A stretch of 64,000 nucleotides of DNA from NCBI RefSeq assembly GCF_018350175.1, contig NC_058368.1:143842001-143906000 (forward strand), given 5' to 3'. Below the pieces are notes generated by a model. That model did not search any database. It saw nothing but the letters and a program-made list of their open reading frames with translations, and was not told the origin of the DNA. Positions 52,460-64,000 of the stretch are shown here, piece after piece (position 1 is the stretch's first letter; each line of letters starts with the position of its first letter). A program made the position numbers and the translations under genes. The DNA comes from Felis catus. Its lineage: Eukaryota.

Positions 52460-52957
52460 CTGCAGGAAACTGCCTTCATAACACCACTCCAATAGGTCTT
52501 AGGGCTTAACCAGCATTAAGCTTATGCACTCCCTTGGTCTGAGTGAGCCAAACTCACTTACCTTCCTTGAGATCTGCAGACCACTGGCCTGGAGGAGAGA
52601 AGGACCAGTCTTGACCAGAAGAGAAGTCCTGACGACATTTGAAAATAGCTGCTGCTGGCGCCCGCAAGCCTGTTGAAGGTTATGTCGGCATATGCAGACT
52701 AAATGCCTGGGCACCACCTTCTCCTCCAGGTCGCCCACCCCCAACCCCAGTGTCCCACACTTTCCTCTTTAAAACCCTCCAGCTTCGCCTGGACGAGAAG
52801 ATGATCTTTGGGACCTTAGTCCACCATCTTCCGAAGCTGCTGGCTTCCTCAGTAATACCAACCTCTCCTTTCCCACCATCACCTGTCTCTCAAGTATTGA
52901 TTTTTGAGAGGCGAGCAGCCAAACCAGAGTTCAGAACAGGTTCTCTGTCCAGTAACG
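52460..52957 (+). mobile_element. Degenerate ERV1-like LTR; left boundary uncertain
   Basis: LTR-like R/U5 (TTAGTCCACCATCTT...GGCGAGCAGCC...CAGTAAC). Confidence 0.45.
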
Positions 52958-53446
52958 CCACTGTTTGAGCACTTTGTGTAGTATTTCATCATTTCACATG
53001 CTTATAATGGGCTCTCTCCATCTTACATTGTTTTCCAAACCATCTTCCTCACAAGACTCTTCTGGAATCCTAAGGCCAGGCTGCTTTGTAAGATAAGCTA
53101 CTCTACTCGGGCGGGGCTAACAGATCACACGGGTGGGATCTAACACTACTGCTTGTATGGGGTCCTGACAGGCCACCTTCCTTCACAATTCACTCACATT
53201 CCCTATCCCTATGTCACAGACCTCTGTCAACCCGTCTGTTCAAATTTCCCCCTCTCCTCCCACTGACAGGGCTGGCTTTTCTCTGGGCCTTGCCTTCCTC
53301 CTCCTCGCCTCCCAAATTCTTTCCCAATTGTCTCCTTTGTTGCCTGCTAACTTTTTTTAGTTCTATGGTCTTAAATAACCAGTCTTACTGACTGCATTTC
53401 AAATTCAAACGCAGTAAGATACTTATTCTATTTGGGAAAGGAAATA

Positions 53447-53664
53447 CTTTTATTTTTTTAATTTTTTAATGTTTGTTCCGTTTTTGAGAGAGAGACAGAG
53501 CACGAGTAGGGGAGGAGCAGAAAGAGGGAGACACAGAATCCAAAGCAGGCTCCAGGCTCTGAGCTGTAGCACAGAACCCGACACAAGGCTCGAACCCACA
53601 GATCGCGAGATCATGACCTGAGCTGAAGTCAGACGCTTAACCAACTGAGCCACCCAGGTGCCCC
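53447..53664 (-). mobile_element. CanSINE
   Basis: Reverse head and tail. Confidence 0.9.
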
Positions 53665-54747
53665 AAAAGAAATATTTTTAAAGCAGTTAATCCTTCCCAT
53701 GATAGAACATTCCCATAGTACAATCAACATTTAAACTATCTCCACAGAAGGGGGAAAATAAATTGATTTTATGTGTATATAATATATATATATACATATA
53801 TATTCTATTTATATCATGTTTATTATATATATTTATATAAATTATTTTATATATTTGTTATTAGTCAAAGGCAAATAGTAACAAAAGAAATGTGATCATG
53901 CAAAGTGTGAAATAAAAATCACACTGCTTACTTAGAATAATCCTATCCTATCATTAAAGTCATGTATCATTGTATGGATTTGACTTTTCAAACTTTTCTC
54001 ATTTCACTCTCACTCTATATAGTGCTATGATGTTTTTTAAAACATACTTTTACATGTGTGAGTGTATCTGTGTGTATATATACAGGTAGGTGTGTGTACA
54101 TGTACATGTGAGTGTATCTGTGTACATATATACACACACCTAACATTTCAACTGGAGCCCTCCCACTAGATCAGGAGAGCAGCACTTGCTTGGGGCCTGT
54201 GCATTCAGGGTATAGCTCACAGGGCACTGTGAGAACTCATTCACCACGTCCCCTTCATTCCTCTTGGGAAGGCAAAGAAGGATACTTCTGCCGCAAGAAC
54301 CATTCCAAAGAGGGTCACATGTTTTACTCCCACTGCTTTAGTTTAGGAGCATGTAAATCCCTAAGCAATGTGGAAAACCTTCATTCAGAAAGACTTACTC
54401 CTTGAGAGTTCTGGATAGCCCAGTTGGCTTTGGTTTGTCTAAACTAAGTCCCAACTGGAAAAAGAAAGAAATCTTGACCTGACACTGTCATTCAGTTGGT
54501 TTTCCCAACTCAGAAATATGGGAGCCCTAGCAGAATAGAGGAAAGATATCAGAGACTTCTGTTAACTACAATAATTCTCATACTGTCCCTTAATAAATGG
54601 TGGAGAGAGAGGGGGCAGCAGTAAGGAAGTTCCCCAAATACTGAAGCTGTTGAAGCTGTGAAAAGCAGAACCCAGGTGTTCCTAAGCATGCTGCAGGGTT
54701 TATAACATCAAAGAAACAGAAGAAAAACATTAAAGCATAAAACTGGA

Positions 54748-54952
54748 TTTTATTATGTTTATTTATTTTTGAGAGAGAGACAGAACGTGAGCAGGGAAGG
54801 GGCAGAGAGAGAGGGAGACACAGAATCGGAAGCGGGCTCCAGGCTCTGAGTTGTCAGCACAGAGCCCGATGCGGGGCTCGAACTCATGAACTGTGAGATC
54901 ATGACCTGAGCCGAAGTTGGACGCGTAACCGACGGAGCCACCCAGGCGCCCC
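54748..54952 (-). mobile_element. CanSINE
   Basis: Reverse head and tail. Confidence 0.9.
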
Positions 54953-57101
54953 TTTTTTTTTTTTTTAATTCAGGTAAAAAGCGTTCTCTATCCTTTAACT
55001 AAATTTGGATTTCCACATCTTTCGGTAATATACAATACTTCACATACAATGTCACAGCCTGTTTTCCTTCCTTCTCTTTTGAGGTTTTAGGCTTACCTAT
55101 GAATCACCGGGGATTAGCAAAGAGATAATCAACTGATTCCACTTGGACAAGCAATATTTATTTAAGTTTTAGAGCCCCCAACCAACATTTTGCAGCTCAT
55201 TCTCCAGGCTCCAAGTGCAAAGACAGCTTCCCATCAAACTTGTACACATCTCTCACTACTACTAGAAGGCAGAGGTAGTGGTAAATTTCAATTCCTGCCA
55301 GCATGGGGCCACGTGCTGTCCTTTAGTGGTAGCTGTGCAAGGGAATGGTAAAACTTGAAAACTAGGAGGTCAAGAACACACAGCTCCCTCTGCTCAATAA
55401 AGGAGGAGCTCCCCAAAGAACAAATACACTTGGCAGGTAGTCCCTAACACACAAAATGATCATGCTGTCGGAAACTCAACCATGCTACAATTGCGTTAGT
55501 AAATTGGGTTGGGGCTTACAGTGGATTTCTCCCATACAAAAGAACATAGGGCAATTTACTAAAGCTTATTTAGTTTATCATATTAGCTAACACTAGCTAA
55601 CACTTATTGATCTCTTACTCACTGCAAGGCACAAATAGTATTATTAGCTGTTTTGTCACCCCAAAGTTACAGAGCCGAGACAGGGGCTCAGAGGGGTTAG
55701 GCAACCTAAGGTCAGAAGGCTGATGAGTGGGGGAGCCTGAATTTGAATCTGGTTGTCTCTCCTTGCTGCTGGCACAGAGAGGGTGAGCAGGACAGACAAC
55801 GCTGGCCTGAAACTTTGGTTCCCTACAAAAGGGAAGCTGGCTGCGTGGGAAGGAGGCAGCAAGACAGGAAGCGCTTTTTCTTGCCTGCCCTTGGGTGTGC
55901 AGTAAGCATTCAACAAATATCTGAAGAAGGCATCTCCTTCTCTGTGCCCCTTTCACTCTCGCAGGCAATCTCTGGCCTCAGTGGACCTGAATGATCCCGC
56001 TTAAATACAGCCCTGCCCCAAGCAGCTCAACAGCCCCAATCACCAAGCTCCCTGAACCACCGCGTCCTACCCCACGTTAAAAGCCCTATTCCCAATCCTA
56101 TGGAAATAACTAAGCCATTCATTCACTCAACTAATATTTATTATACTACAAACCTACTATGCACAGCATTAATTCCTGGGAATGAAGCAATTAAAACAAA
56201 AGACCTTTTTCTTCCCTCGCTAAGCAAGAATACAAAGATATGTGTTAAGAACGACCATCTACGTGCCATTTTGGAGAGATAAAGGAAACCTGGATGTTCA
56301 ATGAAAGAGTACTAACCACTGAAATTACGGTACATTCACATCACTGAATTCAATGCACCCACCACAATGATTATATAGTGGATACAGAAAAATTTATTGC
56401 CATGGAAAGATATACACAATGTATTAACTGAAAGTAAATAACACACAACAATACAGAGTATGAAAGCATTTGAGGTAACAACATACCCAGACCTAGAGCA
56501 GTAACAATAACAAAAAAAAGAATCTGAAAGGATATACCAATATGGCAACAGTCACTAATAGACCTGTAGGATTAAGTTAACTATGTTTTTCTGTATTTTC
56601 TAAGCTCTTTGCAACAAGCACATAGCTTCTAATCTGAAAAACATGACAACACGTTTCTATTTTGGAAGAAAACAAAACAAAGTTTCTGTTCTCACAGGTG
56701 GTAAACATTCAAATACTTATTAATTTAATCAGCCAATAAGTAAAAGAAAACTACTAATTTAGCTATATGAGAGAGAAAAGCCAGAGTGAACCATCTCTGT
56801 AACTGGGGGGATAAAAGCAGAAAATTCCTACTGTACTGTATCTTTAAAATTGGTTAAGATGGTACATTTTCTATTTTTTACCACAATAGAAAAGTGATAA
56901 TTCCTTAACCCTTGTAATATTTGTTAGTATTTAATACATATAAGGAAACCTCTACTTGGTGGAGTTTGAAGCAAATAAAAATGAAACGACAAAAATTAAA
57001 CAACTACCTAAAAGTTCAAGGAGTTGAACAAGAAGCTATACATTTGCCTAACCCAAAAATCTCCTCTTATATTTCCTTCATCTAAAATTCTTAAGTTCTT
57101 C

Positions 57102-57335
57102 GGGGTGCCTGGGTGGTTTGGTTGGTTGGGCATAGGACTTCAGCTAAGACCATGATCTCACAGTTCGTGAGTTCGGGCCCCATGTCGGGCTCTGTGCTAA
57201 CAGCTCAGAGCCTGAAGCTTGCTTTGAGTTCTGTGTCTCCCTCTCTCTCTGGCCCTCCCCTGCTCACTCTCTCTCTCTCTCAAAAATAAATAAACATTAA
57301 AAAAATTAATAACAATAATCAAAAATAAATAAAAT
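57102..57335 (+). mobile_element. CanSINE
   Basis: Head and tail. Confidence 0.88.
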
Positions 57336-57717
57336 TAAGTTTTTCTCTTTTGAGTTCAAGAATCCCTTAAAACTCTGAGGTTTTTACAATCCTGGCCATG
57401 ACCGTGGGAACCAGATTCTGGGGGTTTGCCAGAAAGGAGTTTCTGACAGGTAGTTTCTCACGCAGGTTTCGACATACCAGAATATACTGGTTTCTACCCT
57501 TAACATCATTTCAGTGAAAAGCACTGTCAAGGGTCAGTGTCCTTCCTTAAATGGCACTGGGTACCCAGGGACTGAGTCTGAAACAGGCACGCTATGAACA
57601 CACACGATGCCAGCGCTGGCTTCTGGGGATCAGTGGTACCTGGACAAAAATGTTCTCCCTGAGAGTCTCTTTTCTCACAAGGTTAGGGTTACATTCAGCA
57701 CCCAAAAAACAAAGTGG

Positions 57718-57935
57718 GAGGGGCCTGGTGGCTCAGTTGGTTGCGCTCCAACTTTGGCTCAGGTCATAATCTCGTGATCCGTGGGTTCGAACCCCACATC
57801 GGGCTCTGTGCTGACCACTTAGAGCCTGGGGCCTGCTTCAGATTCTGTATGTCTCTCTCTCCACTCCTCCCCCACTCACGCTCTGTCTCTCTCACTCTCT
57901 CAAAAATAAACAAACATTTAAAAATTTTTTTAAAA
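57718..57935 (+). mobile_element. CanSINE
   Basis: Head and tail. Confidence 0.88.
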
Positions 57936-58144
57936 AAGTTGATCAAGTTCTCGGTCCTCAGATAGCAGCTGGATTCTTTGACTCGTTCCATCATGCCACC
58001 CTCCACTTATATCTCTTCTAAAAAACACCACATTTGATATAGGTCTGTAGGTCAGAGGACAAAATCTATTATGTTTAAGGTTAAAAGGTGAACTAACTCC
58101 ACTTCCTGGCAGTTCAACAGAAAACAAACATTCCCGGGAGGCAG

Positions 58145-58320
58145 GTCAAACTCGGCACTAGGGCATTTTGGGGCCCTGTAAGTCTTTGTTGGGATGCTGT
58201 CCTGTGCACGGTAGGATGTTAAGCAGCCTCCTGGGCCTCTACCCACTAGATGCCAGGAGCACCCTCCCTGTCTCCTTCACAAGTGGTGACAATCAGAAAT
58301 GTCTCGAACAATTGCCTCCC
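58145..58320. mobile_element. MER20-like hAT element
   Basis: GCTGTCCTGTGCAC...GGCCTCTACCCACTAGATGCCAG hallmark. Confidence 0.8.
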
Positions 58321-58359
58321 CCCTTCTGCTGCAAACCAAGCTTTCAGGGTTAAAATCAA

Positions 58360-58570
58360 GAGCTATGAGGTCAGGCCATCTGGGTTCACACCCAAGCTTG
58401 AATACTGCCTGCTTATGTGGCCGTTGCACCAATTCTTTACCACCCCCTAAGTATTAATGACCTCATTTGTAAAATGGGAATAAAAACATCTACTTCAAAG
58501 GACTGTTAGTAGGATTAAATGAGACAATTCAGATAAAGTTAACACAAAGCCTGGCACAAGGTGATAGGAA
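58360..58570 (+). mobile_element. MIR
   Basis: CTCATTTGTAAAATGGGAATAA...AGGATTAAATGAGA core; similar MIRs at ~1030-1215, ~31810-32000, ~47340-47545. Confidence 0.8.
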
Positions 58571-59925
58571 AAAAAAAAAAAAAAAAAAGAGCCAGGTATA
58601 CACATCATCAGTCCATCTGTCATGTCCCTCCTCCCTAGATCCCCATTCTCCTTGGTCCTTGAGGTTCTAAAGAAAGAGGTAAGGATGAGAGGGGGGTGGG
58701 ACCAAATGATTAATACCTCTTTTATAGCAATGTTTTCATTTCCTGCTCTGACATGGCTGATAAATCCATCTGTTGGAAGGAAACTACTTTTGGGAATAAA
58801 GCTCCTGAGATCCAAACCCAGGAGAGCATCCTAGCAACCTGGGAACAAGCTGGACCACTTACATAGAAGCACTTCCCACCCGCCAAAAGCTACAGCCGTC
58901 TTTGTACTTTGCTTCCAGTAAGGAACAAACAAGGCAGGCAGAACATTCATTTGCACCCACTGAAGCCACAAATACCGGCAGCAGAACAGACCTAAGAAGG
59001 AGGAGTTAAGCAAGTTCTGGAGGGAGAAGAAAAAAAAGTGTAAGAAAATGAAACCTTGAAATTCAAAATGGTAAGTGTAGGATGGGAAGAGAGGTGTTCA
59101 TTTTTAAAAACTTTTTCAATCTTCTCATCAAAATAAGAGAGGAAAAATCCTGCTTGTTCTACTTATCAACAAGCAATTATTGAAACACAAACCCCCAAAT
59201 TCGCCTAATTCTGTCATGGGGGTTATGCTGCAACGGGAAAAATCTGCCAAACCCCTTCCAAGAGGTGCCTCCTGCCAGCCTGATCCCCAAACCCCGCCGA
59301 GTCACGGAGCACTTCCCAGGCTGGGGATGGAGGCCACAGAGCCAACCTGATGCAAGGATGTTCTGGGATGGAGAACAGAAACGAGCCTGTCTCAGCGGAT
59401 CAGACAGTTGGGGCGGGGGTGACCTCAGAGCTCAGGTGGGTTGGCGGGGCACTCCTCTCCCCAACAAATGGAAGCCTTTGTGCAACTCCAATGTATAAAA
59501 CGTACGGATGCACTGTAATACTACAAATGTGTTTACGTGTTCATACACCAAATTTACCTAATGCTTACTGGCGACCAGGCACTACCAGGGGCGGGTGGTA
59601 CAGTTCCTCATGAAGCTTGCATTCTAGTCGATTTAGGTCAAATTCAGCATTCCCCAGATTCTACCCAGCACTTAGGGTGCAAGCCTCTGGTCCAGTCCAG
59701 TCCTCTCATGTTGCTGATGTGAAATCTGAGGCCCAGAAATGTTAGGTGATTTGGCTCAAGGACAAATTCAGTGATGAGCATCAGTGGACCAGGAAACACA
59801 CGCCACTTGAGACAACTGAGTACATCTGGAGGAGGGACAAGCCTTTGGATCCCACACCTCTGTATCTATAGTGCCAAAGACTAACGGATATTCAAAACAA
59901 CTAAATGAAGTCCCCATAAATTGGT

Positions 59926-60149
59926 TTAAAAAATTTTTTTAATGTTTTTATTTATTTTTGAGACAGAGAGAGACAGAGTATGAGCAAGGGAGGGACAGAG
60001 AGAGAGGGAGACACAGAATCTGAAGCGGGCTCCAGGCTCTGAGCTGTCAGCACAGAGCCCGATGCAGGGCTCGAACTCACGGACTGTGAGATCATGACCT
60101 GAGCTAAAGTCAGATGGTCGCTCAACCGACTGAGCCACCCAGGTGCCCC
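59926..60149 (-). mobile_element. CanSINE
   Basis: Flanked by CCA(T/C)AAATTGGTTTAAA duplication. Confidence 0.92.
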
Positions 60150-62161
60150 TCCACAAATTGGTTTAAATGACACTGTTGACCACAGTAAGAAGGCGGTAAG
60201 GGTCTAAGCGTCTAGTACAGTTTGAAAAGTTTCCATCACAAAACAATTAAAATGAAAGGCTGGCACACGATGAGTTAACCCTGGGGTGGCCACAAAACTG
60301 AATGCTGTTGAACAGCCACAGGCTGTGGCTGGTAAGTGCCCAGTACCCTGTTGCACCTCCCTTCCCCTCCCCTCCCCCCATTCTGAGAAGACAGAGAGCA
60401 GGAAGTCCCTCCCCCACCCCCAATCTCACACACAACCTAAGTGCAGGGTCAAGTGCTGGCCAGTCCTCTTCCAGGCCATAGAAAGGAGCCACTACTCAAG
60501 AGACACCTCTGACCCTCCGCACGCTGGCAAGATGCCTCTCTGTGAAGGTTAGTCTAGCTGTGCAAGGAAAAACCTGTGTGCACCATCTACCTCGGGTTTT
60601 CCAGCAGTCAGGATTTCATTCGATCCTATTTTTTAAGATTCACAAAAGAGCCCAATAGAAGGTGACATCTAGAATCTCTTTGCAAGTAAATGAATACATA
60701 AATTGGAAACAAAAATGTCAGGCGTGGGGCCTCTGGTTTGGAAAACCCGTGGGCGGACCCGGAAGGCTCCAGCACTTGGGGGCAGGAGCGAGGAGGGGGA
60801 CAGAGGAAAGGCCCACGCTGGCCTGGACTCCTCATTTCTCATGGGTAAACTCACGTCCCTCCCACTGGCCGCCCTCCACCCTCTAACTGCCTCTATCTTT
60901 CAGGATGAAAGCCTCCTGGTTTAACAGCTTTTTCTTGGAGCTGAAGTAACAGCTGTACTGCTTTCCTACAGCTGAGAAAAAACTTTCTCGCCATTAATTC
61001 CACCCTTCCTCAGTCCTTCAAAACTTCAGGAAGCCTTATCAACTCTCCTCTCCTTTCATCTTCAAAATCTATCTCTGTCTCCCACTTCTAGCTTAAAGAG
61101 GAAGGAATGAATGGGTGTATGCCTTTCCCCCCCTAGCAAATATCTGCAGTTAATTGCCTTTTTCATTTGAAGTGCTGTGCAGATGCCCAGCGAATTTCAT
61201 CACCACCCCCTCTTGTGAGCCTGGTCCTCGTGACAAAGCCAGCTGGCACAAAGTCCGAGGCAGCATTTATGATGATGCTTTTCTTCAAGTAGAGCTGCCT
61301 CGATGGTACCAACCAGCAGAGAAGTGTCATACACGTGCAACTCCTCCCCTGCAACCAACCCCCAATTTGAGACGCGTCCTGTTGCTGTTCCTAAAATTTG
61401 CAGAAGGAACCAGGGCCAAATGAAGGAACCTATGAGTCGCATTTTTTCTATCAAAATACCAACAGAAATGTAAATATTCTCATAGAGGGGACCCTACCCC
61501 AGCTTTTGCCTTCTTATTTTCTACTCATCCGAGCACTGGTTATGTGACCAAGTGCAAGGTGGAGCAGAGGAGCCTAAGAGAGAGGATTCCCCTGGGGCAT
61601 TCTTTTTAATACAGGAAGTTACTTACTCATATTGGGAGTGGTGTTCCCTCTGCTTTTTAAAACTATAAAGACAGAGCTCTTCCATCAGCTCTAGACTGAA
61701 GTTACCCAGCATCAAATGGAACACAATGGCCCACAAGACTAGGCTGACACACACCAAACGAATGGTTATCCGGCTACAAGGTAAACAGGCCCCAGGGGTG
61801 GGCAGTTCAGAAAATGGACCTTAATTACTGTTATTTGTTCAATCAAACCTAGCATTTCTCATCTAGGCAAAGTGGGTGATGGACCAAATAGAGGGCTCTT
61901 TTGAAGATTCTGGATCTGTCTCGCCCCTCCTTCCTTCACCAGAGAAATCCAAGGTCTTGTTGTTCAGGGAGCCCCAGGGGGTGGGACAGGTTGGGGCGGG
62001 GCTGCCAGTGAAGTGGGTACCCCCACCCTCCATGGAGACCAAGGAATCAGCACTGTGCCTGAGTTCCCAGGTGGGAAGCTGAGGGGTGAGGGAGGATGGC
62101 AATAAAGTAGGAAATAACTGAGAAACCTTTCTGGACCCAGACTTGCTGGTGATGGTGGGAG

Positions 62162-62542
62162 TGTAAGCGTTAAATTGTAGTGTAGGGCTAACCTGTAGCC
62201 TTGAAAAATAACAGCTTTGGTTGACACTGTAGGCTAAGAGATAACAGCCTTGTTTTAAAAGGGGCGCCAGAGGCAGCGTCAAGGAGGTCAACTGGTTGCG
62301 GCTTTAGGGCAGAACTGTTTCCACCCCCATCTGGGAACTATTTCTTTTTTCTGTTCCCAGGTGATGATAAGACGATGTGGTCGACTATAAAAACTGTACC
62401 CCAGCTGTTCGAGGCTGCACTCTGACCAAGATCAAGAGTGTCAGTCCTGATCCGTCAGCCTTGCCACTCGTTGCAATAAACTTTGCTGTGACAGTCACTG
62501 GTGCCCGTAGCATTCTGTTTCAGGAGTCATGTGGATGCAACA
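62162..62542 (+). mobile_element. Solo ERV LTR, same family as 36045-36537, in intron 1
   Basis: TGTAAG...GCAACA; TSD GGAG (62158-62161, 62543-62546); TATAAAA at 62386; AATAAA at 62475. Confidence 0.92.
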
Positions 62543-64000
62543 GGAGGAGGCCTGGGGAAACTTCACCTACTCTCAATTAATTAGGTATACAGGCAGAGGG
62601 CAAGCAGAAAGAACACATCACAACCATTCATGGAATGGAATACCAGGAATCAGAAGGTGATATTTAGCTTGCTTTTTCATGTACAAACATGTTGGGATTT
62701 TATAGGCCATATATAATCATGTTCTGCTGTAAAAACTTATCTAGTTTTTCAGAATACTCCGTAAGGGACACCAGACTTTACAGAGGATGCCCACTCCGAG
62801 AACAAGTCTGAGAGTCAATGCTCTGATCAAATTAAAACTCATTTTGCAGACTAAATTCCAGGTTACCCTTAGGCATCCAGGAGACCTTGAAATGAAGCAA
62901 TCCAAAGCAGGAAAAACAAAACAAAACAAAAAGTAGTTGTCAGACATACATGGAGAAACCCGGAAGATTTAAACCTTTGATGATACAACTGCCCATTCAA
63001 CAACTAGAAAGGAAGAAGGCATGATGCAGAAATTCTAGCCAATGTCCAGTCTTCCCAAAGAAGGCAAGGAAGAAACTGGGGAAATACTGAGAAAACTTAG
63101 AACAAAATGGGTAACAGAAACAATGCTAACATAAGCAACTGACAAGTTTGTTACGAACACAATTTAGTGAGTACCTATTCTGTGCATCATATACTTTACT
63201 CAACTCTTTACATGTTATAGAATTTAATGTTCACCATAACCCTATGGTGTTATCCAGCTCTATTATGCATGAGAAAGTTGATCAAATAACAAAGACACAC
63301 CCAGTAAATGAAAGAACTGGGGTTTCTGCTTCAGTTGGGTGCCTTCTAAGTCAATTTCTTCCCACTGCTTTATAATGTTTAATTATCAGTGTAATACCTT
63401 TGCGAGGGGCTGGGAGGGTGGGGAAAGATGGGGGGGCTCGGTTAACAGGAACTGCCCCTTGGTATTCTACACGATGCATTTCTGGAAATTAGAAAAAGGC
63501 ACAGCATGAGCAAGCCAGCAGGCATAGCATCTCAGCTCCCACCTTCCCTCTCAGCTGGTTACCTTTGCGTAGTACTACGCAACCTTATATGGTGGCCCTA
63601 GGGCTAATGCTTCCCCAAGCTGCTGCCTGACCGGCTTAATCCTACTGGCTGGATTAAGTTCCTTTTATAAACTGTCTTAACTTCATAAAACTAATCACAC
63701 TGGAATTAGGTCTCTTGGGAATGATTTAGTTAAAATCTGTCCCCCTCACTAGACTCTATATTTCATCAAAGCAAAGACTGTCCATCTCATTCTAGGCAAT
63801 GTCTGCAGTGCCTCGCCTGAGGCCTGCAACAAAGCAGGTGCTCTGTAAATATCTGTTGAATATTTCAAAAGCTCATTGTCTACCAGGAGAGACAGAACTC
63901 TTATTGAAGTAACTGGTATGAGATGGACCGGCAGAGAGCTAAATGAATGGTGCAGCCCCCCAAGAGGGAGATGCTACTTCGAACTGAGGTCATCAAGGAT

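Noticed and set aside
36538..62161. Possible provirus between the two related LTRs
   Set aside because: Opposite orientations, separate TSDs, and no PBS or gag/pol/env seen
1..64000. tRNA genes, CRISPR arrays or prokaryote-type systems
   Set aside because: tRNA-like A/B boxes are SINE heads; no repeat-spacer array; the DNA is mammalian intronic sequence

Overview
Mammalian genomic DNA, felid by its SINEC_Fc-type tRNA-derived SINEs and L1 3' ends. The whole window lies inside SERINC5, an antiretroviral restriction factor, on the minus strand. Coding exons 2-9 are present with GT-AG boundaries and join in frame into 1026 nt (342 codons); exon 1 lies beyond the right edge and exon 10 onward beyond the left edge. 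Introns carry about 50 CanSINEs, four clear L1 3' fragments, old MIR/L2/MER elements and up to six LTRs. Three LTRs are intact solo ERV LTRs with perfect 4-bp TSDs. The best lead is a sense-oriented solo LTR in intron 2 (36045-36537) with a branch point, pyrimidine tract, AG, in-frame stop and AATAAA, a possible retroviral gene trap in an antiretroviral gene. The second lead is two independent L1 insertions with the same 5' start, suggesting a discrete ~640-bp non-autonomous element. Repeat family names come from my own recognition, not a database search, and repeat ends are approximate unless TSDs are quoted.
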